Below are positions 38,486-47,722 of a stretch of DNA of 59,190 nt, one piece after another; the stretch's first letter is position 1; every line of letters begins with the position of its first letter. Below the pieces are notes generated by a model. It had not been told where the DNA came from, searched no databases, and was given only the letters and a program-made list of their open reading frames with translations. The translations under genes were made by a program, and so were the position numbers. The stretch spans positions 1 to 59,190 of the forward strand of contig JBGTHM010000064.1 in NCBI GenBank assembly GCA_041746255.1. The letters are read 5' to 3'. The stretch comes from Fibrobacteria bacterium. Its GTDB lineage: Bacteria; Fibrobacterota; Fibrobacteria; UBA11236.

Positions 38486-38814
38486 TACTCGTCTTCCTTT
38501 TCAATATCCTGGGGTTCTTCCAAATCCACTTTTCCGGTTTCGGAAGATATTCGGCCGGCCAGCGCCAAAGCCAGCGCGGTTCCCGCCACGGCTACCACTA
38601 TTCCGGTCAACACCATGGCATGCGGTACCGGATCGGCTACCGTCTCCTTACCTTGATAGGCCATGCTCGCCAGCACCAGATAAACTCCCGCGCCGGCAAT
38701 GTTCAGCGCCAGGATTTTTCGAATGAGATGGGGGTATATCGAAAAGGAGTATAATCCGATGAGAAATATTCCACATCCCGTCAGCGCATATAAAGTTTCC
38801 GGATCGAGGCTCAT
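38485..38814 (-). CDS. mrpC: Mrp antiporter subunit C (operon I)
   Basis: LIRKILALN, DPVPHAMVLTGIVV. Confidence 0.92.
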   Translation of the reverse strand: MSLDPETLYALTGCGIFLIGLYSFSIYPHLIRKILALNIAGAGVYLVLASMAYQGKETVADPVPHAMVLTGIVVAVAGTALALALAGRISSETGKVDLEEPQDIEKEDE

Positions 38815-39800
38815 GCTTGACCTTCCACCTCATCTTCTTCGACAAGTATTCCTTTTTGGGAGGCTGCTTGCGGCCTACCTCCCAGAAACAACAGCAGCAA
38901 TGTCCAGCCGATGGAAACCGTTGCCGCCGATTCGATGACCAGAATCCAGGCACCCGCCGAACCCGCCGAATACTCTAACATCGCACGGCCCTGGAGCATA
39001 AATCCGATTCCGAGGGTCAAAAATACCGTCAGACCGAATATGGAGCCCCAGCGATCGATCCATTCCGCGGGAACACGCCGAGTAGGACCGTATGTCAATA
39101 CCAAGAGGACTCCCACGGCGGCCATAAGTGCCCCCGCTTGAAACGCACCGCCTGCCCGGGAAGTTCCCAACCACAGAAAATAGCCGCCTATTAAAATCAA
39201 TAAGGGCGCCGAGATCCGTGCAAACCCATATAAAATCGGTCCGCGAGGAACACCCTGCGCCGGTTTTCGGGATTTTGCGATGGACCATACGCCTACCACT
39301 GCCAAGAGCAATACCCCTATTTCCAAAAGGGTATCGTAGGCGCGGTAATTCAAAAGCGCCGCGGTAACCGGATTTCCCACTCCGCTTCGCGGCAACTCCC
39401 GCATGGCTGGAACCAGCAACCCGCCGGTATTTTCAGGTGGGATCGAAAAGATGGCCCAACCCAATGCGCCCCCCATGGCCATCAATCCCGATATATGCAA
39501 CCACGGCCGACCGGGTTCCGGGAGCTTGGTTTCATCGCCACGCATTTTCGCCAACGACAGCCGCATTTTATTCCAGGCGCCCAACAACATGGCGCCGGTA
39601 ATTCCTGAAGCCACGGCCGCCTCCACAAGCGCGATGTCGGGCGCATTCAGCCGTACCCAGGCCAGACCCATGCAAAGCCCGAATGCGATGAACAGGACGA
39701 TTCCTTTGAGGATATCCTGGGTCGACAGGGAACTCCATGCCAGCCACAAAATCAATCCCGCCAGTAATGCGTCGAAAGCCTTGGCGGCCAAATCGATCAT
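38811..39800 (-). CDS. mrpB: DUF4040-MrpB fusion subunit (operon I)
   Basis: APDIALVEAAV, NPVTAALLNYRAYDTLLE, GGAFQAG; start re-called to the ATGA overlap at 39800. Confidence 0.87.
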   Translation of the reverse strand: MIDLAAKAFDALLAGLILWLAWSSLSTQDILKGIVLFIAFGLCMGLAWVRLNAPDIALVEAAVASGITGAMLLGAWNKMRLSLAKMRGDETKLPEPGRPWLHISGLMAMGGALGWAIFSIPPENTGGLLVPAMRELPRSGVGNPVTAALLNYRAYDTLLEIGVLLLAVVGVWSIAKSRKPAQGVPRGPILYGFARISAPLLILIGGYFLWLGTSRAGGAFQAGALMAAVGVLLVLTYGPTRRVPAEWIDRWGSIFGLTVFLTLGIGFMLQGRAMLEYSAGSAGAWILVIESAATVSIGWTLLLLFLGGRPQAASQKGILVEEDEVEGQA

Positions 39801-40102
39801 TGCTCTCGTCTCCACGGGCTCATCCCACCCCGTAAGGCTCGACGTGCGATAAGGTGCGAAACGGTGGAACTCGCCAGCAAAACCGCCAACCAGATAAGCA
39901 ACAACTTGACGCCTATGGACCAGGAACCCGTTTGTAACCCTACCCCCAATGAGATAAATCCAAGCCCCAGGTTATCCGCCTTGGTGAGCGCATGCAAACG
40001 CATATACACATCCGGAAACCGCAATAGCCCCGCCGTGCCGGCAATAAAAAAGAGCAGGCCGATGCCGATGAAAATCGAAGCCAATACCTCGATACCGTTC
40101 AT
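39797..40102 (-). CDS. mrpG: Mrp antiporter subunit G (operon I)
   Basis: RFPDVYMRLHALTKADNLG. Confidence 0.92.
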   Translation of the reverse strand: MNGIEVLASIFIGIGLLFFIAGTAGLLRFPDVYMRLHALTKADNLGLGFISLGVGLQTGSWSIGVKLLLIWLAVLLASSTVSHLIARRALRGGMSPWRREQ

Positions 40103-40380
40103 TCCAGATCCTTTTCGCTCTCAGAGGCGGCGACTCTCCCGCGCAAGGCAAAGGCGATTCCGATTATCGCGGACAGGACGGCGAACATAAGGGCAACGTC
40201 TACAGCGGCGGGCATCGACATGACCAGGGAGAGCACCAGCAAAATCGCGACACCCGTCGTTCCCAGTAACAGTGAGGCCAGCACCCGATCCGCTTCGGTG
40301 GGACCTCGCGCCACACGCACCAAACCCGCCGCCATGGTAATCAGCAGGACAACCAGTGACACCGATAAAAAGGCGCTCAT
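40099..40380 (-). CDS. mrpF: Mrp antiporter subunit F (operon I)
   Basis: RGPTEADRVLA, DVAL. Confidence 0.9.
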   Translation of the reverse strand: MSAFLSVSLVVLLITMAAGLVRVARGPTEADRVLASLLLGTTGVAILLVLSLVMSMPAAVDVALMFAVLSAIIGIAFALRGRVAASESEKDLE

Positions 40381-40925
40381 TTCGTGAAACCCTCCTTCTC
40401 CGGAAGTAAGATGCCGAACAGATGCGCCACCTTCACCTCCAGGGCGAGGACGCCTTTTGTTACCGACTCCGAATCACTTATCATATGGATTACTAAAGTC
40501 GATTCGTCGATGTCCGCGCTCAAGGTTCCCGGCAGCAGACTTAGGACGGTCGCCATAAAAACGCTGGGGGTTCCCTCGGGTAAACGCAGGGAATACCGCC
40601 TGATAAGCGGATCAATGGGCATGCGAGGATGCAGGGATCGCCATGCCACATCTATGCCGCCCTTTACGGAAGCAAGGACGAAAAAAGGGATGAAACCGAG
40701 TAAACCGAAGGGATGAATTTTCAAGGGCAAGGAAGTGCGGGTAAGTAGCGAACCCAGCCAGGCGCCCATCAGCACAACCGGAACTCCAATTATCCAGGAG
40801 GCGATGTCTTGGGGATTGAGCGACCACCAGAGAATTGCCAGGAGCCCCGCGCGAGATAAAATTCTTGAAAATTTACCGCGTCTTATTCCGCCGGTACGCC
40901 CAAATGGCTTGGAAAAATTTGCCAT
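40377..40925 (-). CDS. mrpE: Mrp antiporter subunit E (operon I)
   Basis: GGIDVAWR, SLLPGTL, LVIH. Confidence 0.88.
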   Translation of the reverse strand: MANFSKPFGRTGGIRRGKFSRILSRAGLLAILWWSLNPQDIASWIIGVPVVLMGAWLGSLLTRTSLPLKIHPFGLLGFIPFFVLASVKGGIDVAWRSLHPRMPIDPLIRRYSLRLPEGTPSVFMATVLSLLPGTLSADIDESTLVIHMISDSESVTKGVLALEVKVAHLFGILLPEKEGFTK

Positions 40926-41028
40926 TCTCCGGCTCCTCTAATCCTCCGAAAAGGGTGACTCGACTGCAACCCTCACCAACAACCCGGACATGCGCGTCGC
41001 GCAAAAACACCATCCTTGGATTTGCTTT

Positions 41029-41922
41029 TCAGCCTTGGGAACCGGCTTGCAGGCGCGCGATGCGTTCCGTGAGCGGAGGATGGGTAGCCATAAGGGCCAT
41101 GAAGCCGGATTGCTTTCCGGAAATCTTCAAGGATGCAATGGCGGGCTTGTCCTCGCCTTTGGAATGCTCTCGTCCGTAGGCGCTTTGTAATACCTGCAAG
41201 GCGCCGATCATCTTGTTTTTACCGGCATACAGCGCTCCGCCCTTGTCGGCACGGAACTCCCGATGACGCGAAAACCAGGCGATAACCATGTATCCCAGCA
41301 TGCCCAGACCGATTTCCAGCGCGATGGTTATCATCCATGTGACCATCATGCGGCTTTCCGCGCGCATGTTCGATGTGACCGCGAAGGCGATGACTCTGGC
41401 AAAGAACATGACGAAGGCATTGATGACTCCTTGTATAAGCGTCATGGTCACCATGTCCCCATTGGCGATATGGGCTATCTCATGTCCGATTACCCCCTCT
41501 ACCTCGTCACGTCCCATGCGTTCGAGCATGCCGGTGGAGACTGCGACAAGCGATCGGCTTTTGGAAGGCCCGGTAGCGAAAGCGTTGATTTCCGGGCTCT
41601 GGTAGATTCCTACTTCGGGCATGGTCGTCAGCTTGGCCTTTTGCGCCAAGCCATGCACCATGTCGATCAAGTGGGCGTATTGTCCGGGGCGGGTGGGATC
41701 GATGAGCTTCACTCCCATCATCCACTTCGCCATGATTCTCGAAAGGCCGAGGGAGATGAAAGACCCGACCATGCCCCAGAGAAAACAAAACGCCAGCAAG
41801 GCTTGATAATCGATGCCCTGGGCGGTGACATAATGTCCGATTCCCAGCACGCGCAATAGGATGGATAGGGTGACAATCACCAGAATATTGGTGGCGAAGA
41901 ACAATAAAACCCGCTTGAACAT
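41029..41922 (-). CDS. htpX: Membrane zinc metalloprotease HtpX
   Basis: NAFATG, HEIAH, NGDMVT, FSRHREFRAD, THPP. Confidence 0.96.
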   Translation of the reverse strand: MFKRVLLFFATNILVIVTLSILLRVLGIGHYVTAQGIDYQALLAFCFLWGMVGSFISLGLSRIMAKWMMGVKLIDPTRPGQYAHLIDMVHGLAQKAKLTTMPEVGIYQSPEINAFATGPSKSRSLVAVSTGMLERMGRDEVEGVIGHEIAHIANGDMVTMTLIQGVINAFVMFFARVIAFAVTSNMRAESRMMVTWMITIALEIGLGMLGYMVIAWFSRHREFRADKGGALYAGKNKMIGALQVLQSAYGREHSKGEDKPAIASLKISGKQSGFMALMATHPPLTERIARLQAGSQG

Positions 41923-41939
41923 ACCAGTCTCCTAGGCGA

Positions 41940-42060
41940 AATACCGGCTCATCCCGTAGGGTTCAGCCTTCTCGGACGCATCTAAGCTGGCCCGACGACC
42001 ACAAGCAAATAGGGTGCGTCGAATTGAAGACGGATGCTGTCGGGATTTATCACCGGTTTA
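41940..42060 (-). promoter_or_regulatory. Candidate structured cis-regulatory 5' leader of htpX
   Basis: Several complementary segments (see findings); TATAAT on the minus strand at 42078-42083 just upstream. Confidence 0.4.
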
Positions 42061-42160
42061 TAGGCTTTCAAATTACCATTATACCGATTTTCTGGCAAAA
42101 TGAAGGGCTGGTACCAGACTGTGGAAAATGGAATAATTTTACATTGTATCCGATTAAAAA

Positions 42161-42835
42161 ATGCGCAAATCCAAAATTAAGCGCCCGTGGTGGCGCAAAT
42201 TAAAGCAATACTATCTGAGGCAATATCCCAGCCGCAGAAAACTCAGAGGCAGCTTTCTCCACCGTGTGCTGGGAAATCGGCTCTTGGATTCCGCCCTATG
42301 GCTTCCCTCGCGGGAGAATGTCGCTAAGGGAGTGGCCATCGGCCTCTTCGTCGGCATGCTGCCCTTGATGGGCCTGCAAATCCTTATCAGCGTGGCCTTA
42401 TGCTTTTTCTGGCGCGTGAATATTCCTCCCGCGGTGGTCTCCACCTTCGTGACCAACCCCATTACCGGTCCCGGCATCATTCTTTTACAATACCGGCTCG
42501 GATTATGGATGTCGGGCCCTATGAATCCCGAGGAAGTCGATCGCTACGCAGGCGCCCTCCGGTTCCTGATCGGCCATGGCAAGCCGCTTATGCTAGGCAG
42601 CATGGCATCGGCATTGGCCTTCGCCCTGGTCGGGTATTTAAGCGCCTTGGTGATTTGGGACATTGTCGTGAAAGTAGGACCCAAAATACCTCATCCACAT
42701 CTTCCCCATATTCCGCTCCCCTTTGTCAAAACATCCCCTGCCGAAAACCCTGTTCCAGACGAACCCGTATCTCGTGCTTCAGAGTCCCATCACGCGAATC
42801 CTCCTGCCAATAAGATTGAACCCGAGCAGAATTAG
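42161..42835 (+). CDS. DUF2062 family membrane protein
   Basis: LW.PSRENVAKGVAIGLF, NIP, VTNPIT, YRLG. Confidence 0.85.
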   Translation: MRKSKIKRPWWRKLKQYYLRQYPSRRKLRGSFLHRVLGNRLLDSALWLPSRENVAKGVAIGLFVGMLPLMGLQILISVALCFFWRVNIPPAVVSTFVTNPITGPGIILLQYRLGLWMSGPMNPEEVDRYAGALRFLIGHGKPLMLGSMASALAFALVGYLSALVIWDIVVKVGPKIPHPHLPHIPLPFVKTSPAENPVPDEPVSRASESHHANPPANKIEPEQN

Positions 42836-42986
42836 TGGAAAAGTGCCTTTTGTCAATTTTTCAACGACTCTATCCGAAATCTGGAAATGCATTAAAATTG
42901 CCCCTGCTCCCAGCCAAATGGACTTAGATTATCGAAACGCTGCGCCGTTCCATGCAGGTCGGTCGGAAAAAAGGAGAGTTCCATTT

Positions 42987-43277
42987 ATGCTGGTTAGGTG
43001 GATTTTAGGATTGGCGGTCACGGGTTTATTGACAGCCTGCAATATTCCCTCGCAGGTGAAAACCTATCACGGAAACGGATATTTGAAGGAGCGATATTGG
43101 GCATACCAACATGAAGGTCGTGAAGTCCTGACCGGCCTTTACACTTCTTGGCACCCCAATGGGGAAAAGCAAGTTGAAATTTATTATGTGGACGGCGTCG
43201 AATCCTCCCGGTCCTACTACGACGAAAAGGGACTTTTCATTGGAACCATAGAAGTCGCCAAGGCGGATTGGCAATAA
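42987..43277 (+). CDS. Small lipoprotein with MORN-variant (YwqK-like) repeats
   Basis: AAGGAG SD, ATG 42987, lipobox LTAC, YHGNG / WHPNG / YDEKG repeats. Confidence 0.7.
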   Translation: MLVRWILGLAVTGLLTACNIPSQVKTYHGNGYLKERYWAYQHEGREVLTGLYTSWHPNGEKQVEIYYVDGVESSRSYYDEKGLFIGTIEVAKADWQ

Positions 43278-43522
43278 ACCACCCTAGGTTGCGCATTAAA
43301 GAGGGAATCTATTGATGCGTTTACTTCGAAGCGACCCTCAAAATCCACAATGCCTCCATATTCGTGATCCCATAGACGGCTTCAGAATCAGTATTTTTCC
43401 GGATACCCCCCCTAGGGGCATTCACGAATCGCATATTTTTATTAGTTTTCGGGCGCGGGTTGGCAATTGGTACGGATAGGCGTACTGCGATCACCACATT
43501 CAGAACGAAAGGGGAATCCACT

Positions 43523-43924
43523 TTGCTCCATTCATTGATCGGGTCGGAGGACCGGCTGAAGATTCTGCTTCACCTCGTTCAGACCAAGAAATCCTATCTC
43601 ACCGAGATGGAGAATGCGTTGGGAATCCGTCTTTTCGCTGTGCAGACTCAGGTTAAAAACCTGGAGTCGGACGGCATCGTTCAGGGATGGAGCGAAGGGC
43701 ATCGGAGGTTTTTCGGAATTGATCCGGCCTACCCACTCCGTAAGGAATTGTTGGCCCTGCTTCGCAAGGCCCTGACCCTCGGCATTGAAAACGGGTCCCG
43801 GCCTGGCCGGCGGAAAGCCCGTGGCCGGAAGAAGGTTGCCGTTAAGGCTGTGAACGGCAAGTCGGTAAACGGTAAAGCGAACGGTAAGGCCGTGAAGTCG
43901 GCCAAAACCGCCAAGAAAAAGTAA
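43523..43924 (+). CDS. Winged-helix (ArsR-like) DNA-binding protein with Lys-rich histone-like tail
   Basis: RLKILLHL...VQTQVKNLESDGIV...GHRRFF; tail RKKVAVKAVNGKSVNGKANGKAVKSAKTAKKK; TTG start re-called at 43523. Confidence 0.7.
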   Translation: MLHSLIGSEDRLKILLHLVQTKKSYLTEMENALGIRLFAVQTQVKNLESDGIVQGWSEGHRRFFGIDPAYPLRKELLALLRKALTLGIENGSRPGRRKARGRKKVAVKAVNGKSVNGKANGKAVKSAKTAKKK

Positions 43925-43937
43925 TCCTCGCCGGGTT

Positions 43938-43958
43938 GGGGTACCGATTCGGTATCCC
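43938..43958. terminator. Hairpin between the convergent wHTH gene and ppk1
   Basis: GGGGTACCG-ATT-CGGTATCCC stem-loop; no clear U-tract. Confidence 0.4.
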
Positions 43959-43968
43959 CATGCATCCT

Positions 43969-46188
43969 TCAAGTCGCTTTTTCGATCTGCACTTTGGGTT
44001 TCTCTTCCTCGCTTTCTCCCACCTCCTCGGCGCCCGCATCGAAGGACTGGGCAGCGTCGGCCTCGTGCGCCTCTTTGTGGATTTGGGTTAAGCCGGGAAA
44101 CAACAAGCTCACCTGAGGCGGTAACTCTTCCACTCCCTTAGCGAGAAACTCCTGCGCGTTGAAGGACGCTTCATCCTCTCCCAGCTGTGGCTGAAAATAA
44201 GCGCCATCGCCTTTCATGATGCGGACCTTTGAGTTGTCCGACCAGTATGTGGAGAGGATTCTATGCATTTGGGCGACCATGGCGGCATCACGAAGCGGCC
44301 ATAATACTTCCACGCGCTCTCTCAGGTTTCTTTCCATCCAATCGCCGCTGCCCAGGTAGACCTGAGGGTTATTGTCGTTGAGGAAAAAATAAATCCGCGA
44401 ATGCTCCAAAAAGCGGCCCACCACGCTTTTGACAATGATGTTTTCGCTCAGCCCCTTAACTCCCGGCCGTAGCGCGCATATCCCGCGAATGATAAGCCGG
44501 ATGGGAACACCCGCCTGCGATGCATCATACAAGGCCTCGATGACTTCCTTGTCGAAAAGCGCGTTCATCTTCGCGGCTATCCCCGACGGCTTGCCCTCCA
44601 AGGCATTACGCTTTTCCCGTTCTATATGCTTCAGTGTTTCGCTGAGAAAATTGACGGGCCCCACCAGCAAAGTCCGGAAATCGGGCTTCTTGCTATGCGA
44701 GGTCAAATAGTTGAATACCTCGGAAACGTCGTCGGTAAAATCGTTATGCGAGGAGAAAAAGCTCATATCCGTGTAAAGCCTGGCGGTTTCGGGATTGTAA
44801 TTTCCAGTGCCCGCATGCGCGTAGCGGCGAAGGCGGCCCTCCTCACGCCTCACGATAAGCGATAACTTGGCATGCGTCTTCAACCCCACCAAACCGTAAA
44901 GAACCGTGCCTCCCTTCTCCTCCAATTGTCGCGCCCAGCTGATATTCGATTTTTCATCGAAGCGAGCCTTCAGCTCCACTACCACCACTACTTCTTTGCC
45001 CAGTTCCGCCGCATCCAGCAGGGCGTACATGATGGAGGAGTCTTCATTGGTACGGTAAAGCGTCTGTTTGATGGCCAAGACATCCGGATCCTTGGCTGCG
45101 GTTTGGATGAAGCGAACCACCGGATCGAAGGAGTCGAAAGGGTGATGCAATAGAATGTCGCGGCTGCCGATGGCGTCGAATACATCGCCGATTTCGTGGA
45201 AATGGTAGGGCATGGCCGGCAGCATCGGTTCGTATTTCAGCGTGCGCAGCGGCACTTGCCGGTAGAGTTCCATCAGGCGGTTCAGGTTGACCGGCCCATT
45301 GACTTTGAAGAGCAGAGTAGGTTCCATGTCGAAATTCTTGACCAGCGCGTCCACGATTTTCTTGGGTGTATTGCGATCGATCTCCAAGCGCACCACGTCC
45401 CCCTTGCGGCGGTTATGCACCACTGCCTCAACGGCATCGATGAGACTGCTGCCCTCTTCTTCCTCCAGGTAGAGGTTGCTGTTTCGAGTCGCGCGAAAAG
45501 TGGAGCAATACCCGATTTGGTATCCCTTGAACAATTGGTCGATGAAACGCTGCACCACTTCGTAAATAAAGATGAAATGGAATCCCTTTTCCCGAGTGGG
45601 AAGCGGCAATACCCGGGGAAGGCTACGGGGAATGGTGACTACTCCGAGGTCCTCCCTTTTACGGCCTCCCACCTCCTCCTTCAGGATGACCGCCAGGCAT
45701 AAGGACTTGTTGAGCACCCAGGGAAAGGGATGCGCCGGGTCTACCTTGATGGGTGTGAGGAGGTGGAAAACCTCCTTACGGAAATAATTCTGAAGGTAGC
45801 GTTCCTCTTCGGGAGTGAGGTCGGAAAGAGATCGCAAAACGATGCCGTGGTTTCCCATTTCCGGAAGCAAGCTTTCGTTCCAGCAACGGTATTGGTGGCG
45901 CACCATCTTCTGGCACATCTTCAAAATGACATCCAGTTTTTCCTGGGCGTTGAGGCCGGCGATGCCGTCTACCGTCACCGAAGACTCGATTTTTTGCAGC
46001 AAAGCGGCTACGCGAACCTCGAAAAATTCATCGAGATTACTGGCGACAATAGCAAGGAATTTCAACCTTTCCAGCAGTGGATTCCGGTTGTCCAGGGCCT
46101 CGTCCAAAATACGTTGGTTGAAAGCGAGCCAGGAAAATTCCCGATCAATGAAAATCTCGTTGCCGGCATAAGGAGACGCGTTTTGCAT
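43969..46188 (-). CDS. ppk1: Polyphosphate kinase 1
   Basis: REFSWLAFNQR, NLDEFFEVRVA, HPFP, LHHPF, ELKARFDE, KTHAK, GRFLEHSR. Confidence 0.97.
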   Translation of the reverse strand: MQNASPYAGNEIFIDREFSWLAFNQRILDEALDNRNPLLERLKFLAIVASNLDEFFEVRVAALLQKIESSVTVDGIAGLNAQEKLDVILKMCQKMVRHQYRCWNESLLPEMGNHGIVLRSLSDLTPEEERYLQNYFRKEVFHLLTPIKVDPAHPFPWVLNKSLCLAVILKEEVGGRKREDLGVVTIPRSLPRVLPLPTREKGFHFIFIYEVVQRFIDQLFKGYQIGYCSTFRATRNSNLYLEEEEGSSLIDAVEAVVHNRRKGDVVRLEIDRNTPKKIVDALVKNFDMEPTLLFKVNGPVNLNRLMELYRQVPLRTLKYEPMLPAMPYHFHEIGDVFDAIGSRDILLHHPFDSFDPVVRFIQTAAKDPDVLAIKQTLYRTNEDSSIMYALLDAAELGKEVVVVVELKARFDEKSNISWARQLEEKGGTVLYGLVGLKTHAKLSLIVRREEGRLRRYAHAGTGNYNPETARLYTDMSFFSSHNDFTDDVSEVFNYLTSHSKKPDFRTLLVGPVNFLSETLKHIEREKRNALEGKPSGIAAKMNALFDKEVIEALYDASQAGVPIRLIIRGICALRPGVKGLSENIIVKSVVGRFLEHSRIYFFLNDNNPQVYLGSGDWMERNLRERVEVLWPLRDAAMVAQMHRILSTYWSDNSKVRIMKGDGAYFQPQLGEDEASFNAQEFLAKGVEELPPQVSLLFPGLTQIHKEAHEADAAQSFDAGAEEVGESEEEKPKVQIEKAT

Positions 46189-46218
46189 GTAAGACCGTGG
46201 GGAATGGGGATAAGGTCC

Positions 46219-47148
46219 CTAGAAAATACGATTATTACCCTTTGCGGTCATTGTGAGGGCGGCTCCCTCCCGCAAGCCCGCTTCTGAAAGGGTCAGGAGA
46301 GGAATATCGAAATATTGCATAACGGCCTCAAGTACGACCACAGCGGGCATGACGATGCGCGCCCTACTCCGTTGGAGACGGAAAAGCCGACTTATTTCAA
46401 AAGTGTTTCGGTCCCTCGCGGCCTCGAGTATCTCCTCCAGGCTGCCGCGGGTAATCTGCACAAGACCCCTGCGGGAGTTCCCCCCACGCAAGCGGTCACT
46501 CATTCTGCCCACTGCGCGGATGTTTCCAGAGCCTGCCAGGGCCTGGCCAATCGACTCCGGCTTCTGGGTTCCGCACATCTGATCCAATTGCGAAAAGGCA
46601 TAGGTGCGAATCCGCTCCGCAACTTCCCGCGTAAACCTTCCTCCGGCCATGAATTTCCGAGTGATCAGAATAGCCCCCAGTTCGCAACTACCGGTGAAGA
46701 GCATTTCGCCGTCCCGGCTCCAGGCGATTTCGGCGCTGCCACCCCCGATATCGAGGGTCAGCACGGTCTCTCCAGGTCGAAATTTTCCCCGTGCCACCAT
46801 GCCTCTATGGATGAGGAAGGATTCTTCTTCTCCCGATAGGACCCTGACCGAGATATTAAACTGCTCTGCCAGCTCCTGTACGAAGGCCTCACGGTTCGGC
46901 GCATCGCGCACGGCGGCCGTTGCCAGAACGAATATTACGTCTATTACAATTCCTCCGTCGGCCGACGCCTGTATAAATTCCGCAATTTCTGCGGCAACGC
47001 CGGGGCGGAGGGAGCCTTCGCCGTAAACCTGTTCTCCCAGCGAGAGGCCCAGCCGGGAATCGCGGAGGCGGCGAAGCACGCCATCGTGGACTTCGAAAAC
47101 GGAACATTTTATGGAATTACTGCCGATATCGGCAACTTGGATTAACAT
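46219..47148 (-). CDS. ppx: Ppx/GppA family exopolyphosphatase (short, no HD domain)
   Basis: DIGSNSIK, ATAAVRDA.N, SGEEE, DIGGGSAE, GLREG. Confidence 0.85.
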   Translation of the reverse strand: MLIQVADIGSNSIKCSVFEVHDGVLRRLRDSRLGLSLGEQVYGEGSLRPGVAAEIAEFIQASADGGIVIDVIFVLATAAVRDAPNREAFVQELAEQFNISVRVLSGEEESFLIHRGMVARGKFRPGETVLTLDIGGGSAEIAWSRDGEMLFTGSCELGAILITRKFMAGGRFTREVAERIRTYAFSQLDQMCGTQKPESIGQALAGSGNIRAVGRMSDRLRGGNSRRGLVQITRGSLEEILEAARDRNTFEISRLFRLQRSRARIVMPAVVVLEAVMQYFDIPLLTLSEAGLREGAALTMTAKGNNRIF

Positions 47149-47722
47149 GATTTCCGGAGAAATTAGCTTTATGTCCGGTCAATACGGGGAGGCCTGAGAA
47201 ACCTTGAGGTCCGAAGTGCGCACAAAAAGGTTTACGCATGCAAATCCGCCGGAACCTCGATGGTACATAATGATTCCGTGCAATCCTCCACGAAACGGGG
47301 TGGCTCGCGAAAGAGATTACATTTGGGGAAGCCCTGTGAAAAAAATATCACCCTAGCCGTTGTCGAATAACTCTTGTATCTTATATTTTCTGTGGTAATG
47401 GGCCGTTGCTGACAAAAGCAACACAGTACTGAAATGTTTTTTAGGAATCGGGTGGGCGGGTCTTTTACGCCGGGGTCGTGGAAATTTACTTTCCCTGTCT
47501 CAAGCGGCGTGGTGGACCTTACCGAGATTCGCCAATCGCATACTTTTTTGCGGATGGTAATGAATTGGCTGTCGCGCTTCGGTGCCCGGCCAAGCCGGAG
47601 TTTTCCGGCTGCCGAACGCCTTTATGGGTGTACCGGCAAAAATGGTGGCTTCCCTACCGTCTCTCCTGGGTGGAGAAGGCGCCATTTGAACTACCAATCA
47701 TCATGAGGGGAAGGACTCGACA

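Noticed and set aside
20393..40925. Complex I (nuo), hydrogenase-4 or Mbh/Ech hydrogenase operon
   Set aside because: No NuoH/B/C/D/I, NiFe large-subunit or Fe-S genes; MrpE/F/G are present in each operon.
20393..40925. Recent tandem triplication or repeat-driven assembly artefact
   Set aside because: Gene orders, fusions and sequences differ strongly between the three operons, and no long DNA repeats are visible.
40926..41028. Na+/Li+ riboswitch directly before mrpE
   Set aside because: Only a weak GGTGA/TCACC hairpin; no match I can support.
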